NCBI GenBank assembly: GCA_002269645.1
Contig: NIVC01000298.1
Coordinates: 1 to 64,000, forward strand
Source: Macrostomum lignano
Lineage: Eukaryota
Reading direction: 5' to 3'
DNA: 64,000 nucleotides
A program made the position numbers and the translations under genes. A model generated the notes under the pieces. The model saw only the letters and a program-made list of their open reading frames with translations, was not told the origin of the DNA and did not search any database. Below are positions 11,147-23,878 of the stretch, piece by piece. The number at the start of each line of letters is the position of its first letter. The stretch's first letter is position 1.

Positions 11147-14100
11147 AAAAATACTATCCAGAAAGCACCAATTATGTATACGGTACCTGTATTTATATGC
11201 GTTTTTTAGCTAGTACATATACATGTCAATAAGTAGGAGCTTTTTTATATTATTCATTTTTTACTTATCTTTTCTATCATCTTTTTAGGCTGTCTGTTAC
11301 TCTCCCCCTAGTATTTTGTTGTCTCACTCCTAGTGTCTCATTGTCTCAGCCCTAGTGTCTCATTGTCTCACCCCTAGTCTCGCATTGTCTCACCCCTAGT
11401 CTCGAATTGTCTCAGCCCTAGTCTCTCATTGTCTCACCCTAGTCTCACATTGTCTCACCCTTAGTCTCTCATTGTCTCACCCCTAGTCTCTCATTGTCTC
11501 AGCCCTAGTCTCTCATTGTCTCAGCCCTAGTCTCACATTGTCTCACCCCTAGTCTCGCATTGTCTCAGCCCTAGTCTCTCATTGTCTCGCTCCTAGTGTC
11601 TCATTGTCTCACCCCTAGTCTCTCATTGTCTCACTCCTAGTCTCTCATTGTCTCACCCCTAGTCTTGCATTGTCTCACTCCTAGTCTCTCATTGTCTCAC
11701 CCCTAGTCTTGCATTGTCTCAACCCTAGTCTCTCATTGTCTCACCCATAGTCTCGCATTGTCTCACCCCTAGTCTCTCAGTCTCTTTACATGTACACTAG
11801 TCTTTGTCTCACCGCCAGTCTCAACCCTCTTACCCTCAGTATCATCTCAATCTCACCATTCTGTTTTAGCTTAGTAATGTAACCATATTAGTATTTATTT
11901 AGATGGGTGCATCGATACTCTGCCACACATTTTGCCGCCAACGAGCGGGTCAAAAAGTTAAAGTCTGCAGTGCAACCAAACCGCTATCTCCGTAGGCAAT
12001 CTAGGACGCTAAGACTGTATGTCTTCTTACGCATTGCCGAATTCACTCATTCAATTGTAATTCCTCGGATTTCTCCCCTTTCTTCCAGTTCCTAGTGTAG
12101 TTTTTTGTCTCTCTTTGGCCTTCTATTAGTATCCTTTCCCAACAGTGTGTCACATAATTCTTTCTCCTTGCATTCCACTTACAGTTATGTACACGCGAAA
12201 GTCATTAACTGATTAACTGGCTGACTGACTTAACCCTCCTCTCGACCCCCGTGTGCTACCGCTTATATGGGTCATTATGGATGCATTCACCTCTGCCCTT
12301 GCGCTGTCGCTGTGTGTCCTGTCCTGTTTGCTCTTGGCTACCGCTATTCTCCTGGGACCTGGGAGGCTTTTTTTGGTGCAGTTCTATAGTCATTTTGCTG
12401 AGCTCTAATTATGGTAATAACCACAGGACAGCTGCTTTGAGGCACTCTGGCGCGACGCCTTAGGCGACATCGAGAGCCAGGAGAGGTCAGAGAGGGAGAG
12501 GAGAGAGGGTCAGAGAGGGAGAGGAGAGAGGGTCAGAGGGAGAGGAGAGAGGGTCAGAGGGAGAGGAGAGAGGGTCAGAGGGAGAGGAGAGAGGGTCAGT
12601 GGGAGAGGAGAGAGGGTCAGAGGGAGAGGAGAGAGGGTCAGAGGGAGAGGAGAGAGGGTCAGAGGGAGAGGAGAGAGGGTCAGTGGGAGAGGAGAGAGGG
12701 TCAGTGGGAGAGGAGAGAGGGTCAGAGGGAGAGGAGAGAGGGTCAGAGGGAGAGGAGAGAGGGTCAGAGGGAGAGGAGAGAGGGTCAGTGGGAGAGGAGA
12801 GAGGGTCAGTGGGAGAGGAGAGAGGGTCAGAGGGAGAGGAGAGAGGGTCAGAGGGAGAGGAGAGAGGGTCAGTGGGAGAGGAGAGAGGGTCGGAGGGAGA
12901 GGAGAGAGGGTCAGAGGGAGAGGAGAGAGGGTCAGAGGGAGAGGAGAGATGGTCAGTGGGAGAGGAGAGAGGGTCAGAGGGAGAGGAGAGAGGGTCAGAG
13001 GGAGAGGAGAGAGGGTCAGTGGGAGAGGAGAGAGGGTCAGAGGGAGAGGAGAGAGGGTCAGTGGGAGAGGAGAGAGGGTCAGTGGGAGAGGAGAGAGGGT
13101 CAGTGGGAGAGGAGAGAGGGAGAAGAGAATGTGGCACTACGCGCCCTGCTTTAGTATATGCAGCTAGGATCCTTTTAGAGACAACTTGATGAAGTCTATG
13201 AGCCTGAATCCTATCTGATTTATTAAAAAATGTGTCAAAATATGTTTCTTCAAGGGCTCAGTTTATTATTAAATGTGTTGTTTTTTGGCCAAAAAAACTC
13301 CGACGCCATAATCCCCAGCTTTGCCGGAATGCGATTATCTTCAAATTGGAGCAACAACGGACTTAATCCCGTTTTCTGACTGCGCTCAATTTTCCTTATC
13401 GTTTCAATTTTATAAATTCTGAGACGCAGCTGTTTCTTGTTTCAGGCTCTCATAATCAGTCTCGTACCACTTGCCTAAAAAGTGCGAGTTGATTCCTAAG
13501 TCACTTTTTTAGTAGGGGGTCAAATGACACCTGAGTCGGTTTTTTCAGAGTGGGGGGTCAAATGACACCTGAGTCAGTGTTTTCAGAGTGGGGGGGGGGT
13601 CAAATGACACCTGAGTCGGTTTTTCAGAGTGGGGGGTCAAATGACACCTGAGTCAGTGTTTTCAGAGTAGGGGGGTCAAATGACACCTGAGTCGGTTTTT
13701 CAGAGTGGGGCGTCAAATGACACCTGAGTCGGGTTTTTTTAGAGTAGGGGTCAAATGACACCTGAGTCGGTTTTTCAGAGTAGGGGGGTCAAATGACACC
13801 TGAGTCGGTGTTTTCAGAGTGGGGGGTCAAATGACACCTGAGTCGGTGTTGTCAGAGTGGGGGGTCAGATGACACCTGAGTCGGTTTTTTCAGAGTGGGG
13901 GGTCAAATGACACCTGAGTCGGTGTTTTCAGAGTGGGGGTCAGATGACACCTGAGTCGGTGTTGTCAGAGTGGGGGTCAGATGACACCTGAGTCGGTTTT
14001 TTCAGAGTGGGGGGTCAAATGACACCTGAGTCAGTGTTTTCAGAGTAGGGGGGTCAAATGACACCTGAGTCGGTGTTTTCAGAGTAGGGGGGTCAAATGA

Positions 14101-17100
14101 CACCTGAGTCGGTTTTTCAGAGTAGGGGGGTCAAATGACACCTGAGTCGGTTTTTCAGAATAGGGGGGTCAAATGACCCCTGAGTCGGTTTTTCAGAGTA
14201 GGGGGGTCAAATGACACCTGAGTCGGTTTTTCAGAGTAGGGGGGTCAAATGACACCTGAGTCGGTTTTTTCAGAGTAGGGGGGTCAAATGACCCCTGAGT
14301 CGGTTTTTCAGAGTAGGGGGGGGGGTCAAATGACCCCTGAGTCGGTTTTTCAGAGTAGTGGGGTCAAATGACACCTGAGTCGGTGTTGTCAGAGTGGGGG
14401 TCAGATGACACCCAACTGATACCTTCACAAATTGAAGCAGTCTAACAAATCAGAGGGAGCAGAATATCGCATAATTCCGTTGAAAAAGCAAATATTTATG
14501 TGGTAACCTCTTATTAATGCATTTTTAGCGCAACTGGACCCCGGCTCACATCGCCAAGAAGCAGAACTACATCAACATATTTGAAGTGCTACGTCAGGTG
14601 ACTACTATTATTGAGAACTGGGAAGAAGAGATCATCCTAGAGGAGACCATCGAAATTAGTAAGCCGGACACCATTGCCGATCATCACATGTCCGAGTCCG
14701 ACGATGATGGCGGTAAGTTTTAGAATAAAACGCCTTTTACACTACTTAATTGGCGCTGATGAGTAAAAAATGAGATATTTATTTGCCATTTTTATTCTAA
14801 CGTTGAAACGTGAATTTTTATGCAGAATTAACTAATTGACTTACCTGTTAAATTGCGACTATTGTAAGCATTGCTCAGGTGACTAGGGAGTTGCAATTGT
14901 AGAATCAATAAAACAACAACAAAAACGCTTTGTTAACATTGTCAACTAGAAAATAAAGTCACAAATACAAAAGAAACTGGACCCCCCTTCCTCGGTGTGC
15001 ATCATACTACTAATATCCCGCTTGTGTTTTTATCTCCCTCCTGCATCCATTGTTAGTAGCAGTGTGCCTACGTGTAGTTTATGAATTATGAATTTATTAT
15101 AGATATTGTGCTAGCTGTGTGCGTGTTTATCTTATTTATTTACGTAAAATTAGTTTAAATTATTACTTTTTCATTCCATCAATCTGTTGTCCATTCCTTG
15201 CATCGTTCTTTTCTAGTTTGCGTGTTTGTTTTTTATTATTTTAAACTTTTCTAATTGATCTGTATGGAACCTATTGGGCAGTAAACGTAGTTTAGAAAAA
15301 AGCATGCAGCTTTCCAGGATATCGTCAAACGTCAAAGAGGAGAAGTTTAATAATTTTTTAAAACAATAAATTCAATAAATATTTCAGGCGCACGTCGGTT
15401 AAGATCAATTGGCAGCTCCGGTCACCCGAAGTCGGGTAGGGCCGATATTTTGGGGAGTTAAAATCTTCCTCTGAATATAACTGTGCTTCAAATCCTGTAT
15501 CCCAGATTTTTGGCAATAATATTTACTTATTTTTTGCTTGTCTTCGTGTAATTTTTCTGCCAATTTTCTTTACTATCTACTGGTAGTAGCTGGATAGGGG
15601 TTTTTGTCTTAATTTGAAAATTTAATACTCGGAGTTTTATTTTGCACTTACTACATTTCGTTTAATTAGATGGATAGAGGAACACTTTCTTTAGAAATTA
15701 TTATGTACGATAAAACACGGTATAGTTATTGTTTTAATATTATGATATAATATTAGGTCAGACACTTGTTTGTTGTCAGATCATATTGTACTTATTTTTG
15801 TTTATCCCTATATTATGCTCTCTTATACAAGCATGCCTGAATTTTTGTGTGTTTCATTAAGTTTTTTCACTATCTGTTTCCTATGAACAGATTCTGGTCA
15901 ATAATGCTTAGATTTTTGTCTGCCGGTGCTTGTCTTTATACAAGAGTCATTTCTGTTCGTGGATTCTACGAGTTAGTAGTAACCAAACTCAACGTTAAAA
16001 GACAAAATTTAAGGGTGAATGAATAATAGCATTGGTAGGATAAGAGGAGAGGAGAGGGTAGGAGGGAGAGGAGAGAGGGTCGGAGAGAGAGAGAGAGGAG
16101 AGAGGGTCAGTTGGAGAGAGGGTCAGAGTGAGAGCAGAGAGGGTCAGGAGAGGAGAGAGGGTCCGAGGGAGAGGAGAGAGGGTCAGGAGAGGAGAGAGGG
16201 TCAGTGGGAGAGGAGAGAGGGTCAGGAGAGGAGAGAGGGTCCGAGGGAGAGGAGAGAGGGTCAGGAGAGGAGAGAGGGTCCGAGGGAGAGGAGAGAGGGT
16301 CAGATGGAGAGGAGAGAGGGTCCGAGGGAGAGGAGAGAGGGTCTGATGGAGAGGAGAGAGAGTCAGATGGAGAGGAGAGAGGGTCTGAGGGAGAGGAGAG
16401 AGGGTCCGAGGGAGAGGAGAGAGGGTCAGATGGAGAGGAGAGAGGGTCCGAGGGAGAGGAGAGAGGGTCAGAGGGAGAGGAGAGAGGGTCAGAGGGAGAG
16501 GAGAGAGGGTCAGAGAGGGAGAGGAGAGAGGGTCAGTGGGAGAGGAGAGAGGGTCAGTGGGAGAGGAGAGAGGGTCAGTGGGAAAGGAGAGAGGGTCAGA
16601 GGGAGAGGAGAGAGGGTCAGTGGGAGAGGAGAGAGGGTCAGAGGGAGAGGTGAGATGGTCAGTGGGAGAGGAGAGAGGGTCAGAGGGAGAGGTGAGATGG
16701 TCAGTGGGAGAGGAGAGATGGTCAGTGGGAGAGGAGAGAGGGTCAGGAGAGGAGAAAGTGAGTCAGTTGGTTCAATATACGGTAACTCTCATCTTTGGCT
16801 TACTTAAAGCAGAGTTGGTTTACTGGAAGCAGAGCTGAGTTCTATCCTGGCAAACTGCATCATTTTCTGTGTGTATGTGTGTGCTTCAGCTTTTTGCAGT
16901 ATACCGCAATATTCATCTCTTATTTTGTCTATCGCCTCTAGATATTGTGCCTTCCCTTGTGCCTGTAGTAACAGTAGTAAGTTGATATTCTGCAATAGAT
17001 TCTTATCGTTATGCTATTACCTGGCCTGCGCTTTATTATTATTATTATTATTTACTAACTGCTTGCCTCAGAATCCATACAAAATAAATACTTTATAAAA

Positions 17101-20100
17101 ACCAGGTGTAACGCCGAAACTTCGCCGCCCGAACCATGCCGGCTCGCCGACCGGCGCCCAGCATCTCGGCGCCAGCGACACTCTTCGTTCGCGCGGCTCC
17201 GAGAGCGCCGATTCTGTATTCGACGAGCGCCACGTCAATGCCAACACTTTGATGCGCTCCGATTCTTATAATAAATATACTACTAGCGTGGATTACCTGG
17301 AAGATGAGATGCTGTACACCACTACTAAGCTAGGTAGATATCGATCATTTCTTTTAATTCAATATTCTTTATTATATAAACATAACCTTTCCTAACTGGT
17401 GGTCACTCTTGTGGCTATTACTTTTTACTTCTGGTTCAGTGTGGGGCACAGATACTAGAATAACTAGATGGGCCACTCAGGCATATATACTTAGTAAAAC
17501 TGCTTTCTACTTTCACTTAAGTAGCAAAGAAGAATACAGTAGCTATTTTATTAAATAAAGGCAGCTGAAATAACTGATAAGTTTAGAAGCCAAAGCTTGC
17601 AGACGTAAACAACTTGCTAATTGGTTCAGCAATAATGTACATTAGCCAGTCCACTGAAATGTACATGGCAGCTTTAGGCTGGAATTCCGAGAAAGGCAAT
17701 AAAAATTGGGGTGGGGCGGGGGGTAGTGGGAAAGGCGCGCTTGGAGGGTTTAAGCTGGGAGTAAGGCCCAATAAATGAGCCTTTAGCTTTTAAAAATACA
17801 TTAAAATGCTTCTGTTTAACTTACTGACAGTAGCTTACACGCAAATGTGCTGAGTGGCTCATCTAGTTATTCTAGTATATGCGGTGTGGGGCTAGAAAAA
17901 GGAAAATTAAAGCACTCGTTAGTTAAGAGTAATGAGTTAGTATTTAAGGACGGTTATAAGAGGTGCTGGCTTTTTTTAACACTTAACACCATTGTAATTT
18001 GCGTTGCAGTTTTTAACAAACTGGGCTGGTCCCCCTGCTTATGCAAGCGTGCGAGGGGTGTTGCAGAAGTTTCTGGACTTTTGTTTGCTGTTTACTGTAA
18101 ACAACAGCAAAACGATTATCCACATGTTGAACAAAATTTATAACAATTTGGTTGTAGGCCTAGTGCTTCGAGCGTCGGAATCACGACTTGAAGGTCGGGG
18201 GTTCGATTCTCGACCCACTCGAAGAACAATTTGTGTCCTTGAGGAAAGATACTTAACTCTGCATTGCTTCAGTTCACCCAGCTGAAGAATGGGTGCCAGC
18301 ATTAGCTGGGGTAATTGAGGGTGTGTGTGGCGACCCCCCGCCCTTGGACTGAACGCAGCCTTCAGATGCGCCGCGCAATAGCTGCGGCTGAGCTGTCGGT
18401 TGCACATCTGGTCTGATGGGGGAGGTGTAATCACTTAAGTTACCAACTTTACAGTGTGCAAGTGGTAGCGAGTGAAAATTTAAACTTTCAGATTGTTTTA
18501 TATAAAACTCGTGCGTTAAATGTTTTAAATGTCATTCGTTACAGTTCAGAAACTTTTGCAGCGTTCCTCGTACTATCAAAACTATTTATTATTGATTTCG
18601 TATAATGCTACTTTAGTGTCTAAAATCAGTAGTGTAGTTAGGATTTAGCCTGTCTCTTCCCTTCTTTTTAGTTGCACAAAACAAAAGCTTACCTTACAAA
18701 ATAACCAATTTCCTTCTGACATCTAGGACTAGCTTGAACCAGCCTTATTTATTAATAACTTATAATTTATGATTATTTGCGTAACCAGACGAGGGCAGGT
18801 CCTCTAAGCTCGACGGCTCGGAAAGTTTCCGTTCGGCCACTTCGCTCAACACGGGTAGGCAAATAAAAATGCTTTGAAGCGAGGCAGTAGTAATTTCTTT
18901 ACCAAATTTGTCAACTCAATCAGGTTAGAAATAGCACAATTGATGCTTCTGCATATCTTCTGTTCTTTTTGTTGACAAAATTTTAACACGAAAAACTGCT
19001 TCTTTTCTAACAAAAAAATCTTGTTGATTAATATCATTAAAATGATTAAATAATAATTAACTTCTGTAATTAACTTTTAATTACTAACCTTGGTGGCGGT
19101 ATAAATCAATAACTAATAATTTGCACCGACCGTCCTACTACCAAGGTAGTAGTGTAGTAATTTTAGCACCCAGTAATTTTTTAAACGTTATAGTTAAGCA
19201 TGATTCAGCAGTTTTTTATAGTTCCAATAATTTTCGATTTTTAATATTGATTTTTACCCAGTTCGATTTTTGTTTGTTCGTTTGTGCGGTTTACTTCATT
19301 GGCTAAGGCCAGTTCTAAAAATAGATTTCTCTGTCTCTCTCTCCCCCCTCGACAGATGTACAGCCCTGGCCGTTAATGGGGTTATAATTAGGTCATAAAA
19401 TTAATAGATAACGATGAGATCAAAGCCAAACATGCCGCCGCCGCAGGCTCTGTTCTAGAAACTGATAATAAAACCGGCGGAGCAGCTGCAGGCGCTTCTA
19501 TTGGCGGCATGAGCGCCCTACTGCAGCCAGAGGGCAGCACAGAATTCCTTCTCTGTGACGATGCCTCCTCGTCTGCCGCTGTTAGCGAGCATGAGCACGA
19601 TGAGTCATCGTTAATTAAGGAGCCGGAAATGAAAAAATCTACAGCCGGTCAGCAGCAGTTGCAGTCAAGGCCGTCAACTCGCTCCAAGGGTGCTCAGAAG
19701 CTGCCAGTGTTGCTGACACCGCCTCAACCGGCGTCAGTTGCTCGAAAAGGCTCAAAAAGTTCCAATCGATCCAAGGGTATTGTTAAAATAAAATTAGGAT
19801 AATCTTAATTATGCAGAAAAAATAATGCAGCGCATTAAAGTAACACAGCCAAGTGTTGAAGTGTGTGATCTTCAAGCTCTTCTCCAGCTTAATAATTATA
19901 ATATAATAACCTGGCTACTTCGGTTTGGCAGCGGATCAGAGGTTAAAATATTATGTTTTTGTCAAAGGAGCCTGCATTAATAAGCTTACTTACAAATGAA
20001 TTATCTAATTATGTGTGCTTGCTGTGTCAATAACAGTGCATTCTATTATGCATGCAATATTTGTGTAGATATTAGCACATTTATAATATTAATCAATTTT

Positions 20101-20720
20101 CCTTTCGCGAGCTTGCTTTCAGTATTGTTTCAAAAAACCATCCCGTCAAAATTAACTGAAATTCAAAATCAAAATTCAAAATCAAACAAAGCGTTTTTAT
20201 AATAAGGTTTTTTATAAGTACTCGTAGCTAGTCAGCCAGTTTATGCAATATTTGCAACAAGGCAATGTTCTTCTCATAAATTATGCCTTTTTAAAATGTT
20301 TTATAAATATTGAAAATTTGAGCAAACGTATCATGACACGACGATATACGCAGCTCACCACACGGACGCGGCTGATTACACTCAGCTGCCCGCCTCGCCA
20401 ATGTTCTCCTCTTCTGTCGGCCGAACGCCTGAAGGCGCCGCCGCTGTCACTGCCGCTATCGCGTCTGTCGATCAGCGACTGGGCAGGGCGGCACCTGGCT
20501 CCGCGTCCAGGCGTCAGCTGTCTGACTTGTCCTCGGCTAGATCGGGTAACACGGAGCTCGGTTGGGACAGACAGACTGACAGAGACAGAGAGACAGACAG
20601 ACACAAAGACAGACAGACAGACACAAAGACAGACAGACAGACAGACAGACAGACACACAGACAGACAGACACACAGACAGACACTAAGACAGACAGACAC
20701 TAAGACAGACACTAAGACAC

Positions 20721-20775
<55 letters not shown>

Positions 20776-20870
20776 CACACAGACAGACAGAAAGACAGAC
20801 ACTAAGACACACAGACAGACAGACAGACAGACACTAAGACAGACAGACACTAAGACAGACACTAAGACAC

Positions 20871-20929
<59 letters not shown>

Positions 20930-20932
20930 CTA

Positions 20933-20965
<33 letters not shown>

Positions 20966-23679
20966 CTAAGACACACAGACAGACAGACACTAAGACACTA
21001 AGACACACAGACAGACAGACAGACACTAAGACAGACTGACACTAAGAGAGACAGACAGACAGACAGAAAGACAAGACACTAATACACACAGACAGACAGA
21101 CAGACAGACAGAAAGACAGACACAAAGACAGACAGACAGCCACTAAAACAGACACAGGCATTAACAATTAAGTTTTTCTAGCGGCATTGCATCTCTGCAG
21201 GGCTGACGGCCCCACTTCTTCATCCATACCTTGCTGCACGTCCACCATGCCAACCGTGTTCAATTTAGTCTTGAACAACAATAACTATCTGTAATCGTTA
21301 TTAACAGTTTCTTGCAGGTTACGCTCAGTTAAAGCCCTGAGCGGTTTTTCCCAACGACAATCCCTTCTGTTTACCGAATTCCATTCCATCTATCGATGCT
21401 TTTTTGTCGTTTTTGCCAGTACAGAATGTAAATAAGAACCGCTCGACATTGGAGTGTTGAAGTGCATGATCTCCTTTCCTGTTCGGTGTGAACTTGTACT
21501 TCAGATCTGCCGAAATTCAATTATGGCTTGTCGCAACAAAAAATCCCTATAACAGACTAGGCAGCTAAAATGCAATTGAATTCTGTTTGTATAACATTAT
21601 ATTTTCCCTAATGGGTGCGGATATTATACAGATAATATCTTTTATAGGTAGTGCCAGAACTTTTGGCTTTGAATCGAGATGTGGGGTTTGGCGCTTTGAC
21701 ATTGGGTTCATGAGAGGATAAGATGCACTCATAAAAATATTGGTTGTGGGATGTGGCGCCAACACACAGAGATTTTATAGAGATTAGATGTGGCGCCAAC
21801 ACAGAAAGATCTTAGAGATTAAATGTGGCGCCAACACACAGAGATCTTAGAGATTAGATGTGGCGCCAGCACAGAAAGATCTTAGAGATTAGATGTGGCG
21901 CCAACAGAGAAATATCTAGAGATTAGATGTGGCGCCAACACAGAAAGATCTTAGAGATTAAATGTGGCGCCAACACACAGAGATCTTAGAGATTAGATGT
22001 GGCGCCAGCACAGAAAGATCTTAGAGATTAGATGTGGCGCCAACAGAGAAATGTCTAGAGATTAGATGTGGCGCCAACACAGAAAGATCTTAAACATTAG
22101 ATGTTGCGCCAACACAGAAAGATCTTAAAGATTAGATGTGGCGCCAACACTGAAGGATCTAGAGAGTAGATGTGGCGCCAACACTGAAGGATCTAGAGAG
22201 TAGATGTGGCACCAACACTGAAGGATCTAAAGAGTAGATGTGGCGCCAACACTGAAGGATCTAGAGAGTAGATGTGGCACCAACACTGAAGGATCTAAAG
22301 AGTAGATGTGGCGCCAACACTGAAGGATCTAGAGAGTAGATGTGGCGCCAACACAAGGACCAAGAGAGTCGATGTGGCGCCAACACTGAAAGATTCAAAG
22401 GGTAGGTGAGGCGCCTACAGTAGGTACATTTATCTTACGTGTACTATTGAAGAGCAGATGTGTTAGCGACGCCAACATTGAACTACTAAACGAAGTAGTT
22501 TTTGTATCTAATTAACTAGTGTTCAACACTAATACTCTAATCTAGAGTCTAAATTCCAGCGCTGAAAACATAAACAAACTAATATATAATCGATTTTTGC
22601 CTTACATGCTGTGCAATAAAATTTAATCTAATAAAATCAATCCATCCATGCGTTTTTTTCAAACTTTTGAAATTTCCGTTGATAATTTCCGTTTTTTTTT
22701 AACTTGTTTTTAAAGGTTTCTAGGAAAACAACGAATTTAAATAATCGCCACTTTTGCAGGCGATGCCGTTAGCGTGGACGAGACTACCCACGATATTGAG
22801 AAGATTGGCACTCTCTCATCGCAGAAGGTTAGTTTTTGTCAGTCACTTTTTTTGTTACCTAAATCACATGTGTACAGGTAACATAGTAATCGTGTGCAAT
22901 CTCTATGTTTGAAAGTTTTGGCTTTCAATACTAGCTAAGCAGTAAGCATTGTACCTGTGCACATACTACACATACATGCTGTTTGCCCCAAGTGTGTTTA
23001 AATATTTCACCCCAGTTTTGTTTATTCTAATTCACTTGCGCGCTATGACTAGCCGACTAGAAATATAAACAGCGGACTGACTCTCTCCTGTCTCCCCTCT
23101 CTCTCCTCTCTTTAACCGAATCAAAAATTTTCTACGAAACGGAATTCTCTGCAGCATCATCAGCAGCAGCATCAGCTTCAGTTGCAGTCGTTCGAGCAAT
23201 CAACCGAGTTAGAACCGCTGTTCTATCGGGAGTCGGAGGCTCCCATTGCTAACTGCAGCAGTTTCGGCGTGGAATCCACGGCTCCAACTAATATTATTAA
23301 TAATACTAGTTATAATAATAATAGTAGTAGTAATAATACGACTGCAGCGACGACAAGTTCTCAAGAGTACTCTAGCGCTTTTAACGTAGGTTGCCCTGTG
23401 CTCTTTGTTTAGACAAAGACGTTTTAAAGATAGGAAACTATTTTTTAAATCCGTTCTCTTAGCAAAACTCTGGTGTAAAAGTCCAACTAGTGCGATTTGT
23501 GGAGTTTTTTGGTAATTGGAAAATGCAATTTTTTAATGCCCCCTCTTTTTTACATGTTTGTCTCATGATTTTTACATTGTGTTTAACTGCTTTAACGTGG
23601 TTTAGTGTGTCTCAAGTATGATGTGTCTGTCTGTCTGTCTATGTGTCTTTGTGTCTGTCTGTCTGTCTGTCTGTCTTTG

Positions 23680-23718
<39 letters not shown>

Positions 23719-23843
23719 GTGTCTTTGTGTCTGTCTGTCTGTCTGTCTGTCTTTGTGTCTGTCTGTCTGTCTGTCTGTCTTTGTGTCTGTCTGTCTGTCT
23801 GTCTGTCTTTGTGTCTGTCTGTCTGTCTGTCTGTCTGTCTTTG

Positions 23844-23878
<35 letters not shown>

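Noticed and set aside
9970-16838. ORFs over the 18-bp and 21-bp arrays ([20 protein letters not shown])
   Set aside because: Translations of tandem repeats, open in several frames and on both strands, with no usable splice context.
16804-16995. Minus-strand 63-aa ORF as a transposon protein remnant
   Set aside because: I recognise no motif; a blastx search would be needed.
18150-18220. Functional tRNA gene
   Set aside because: The acceptor and anticodon arms are degenerate and the sequence continues into a CORE-like domain, so it is better explained as a SINE head.
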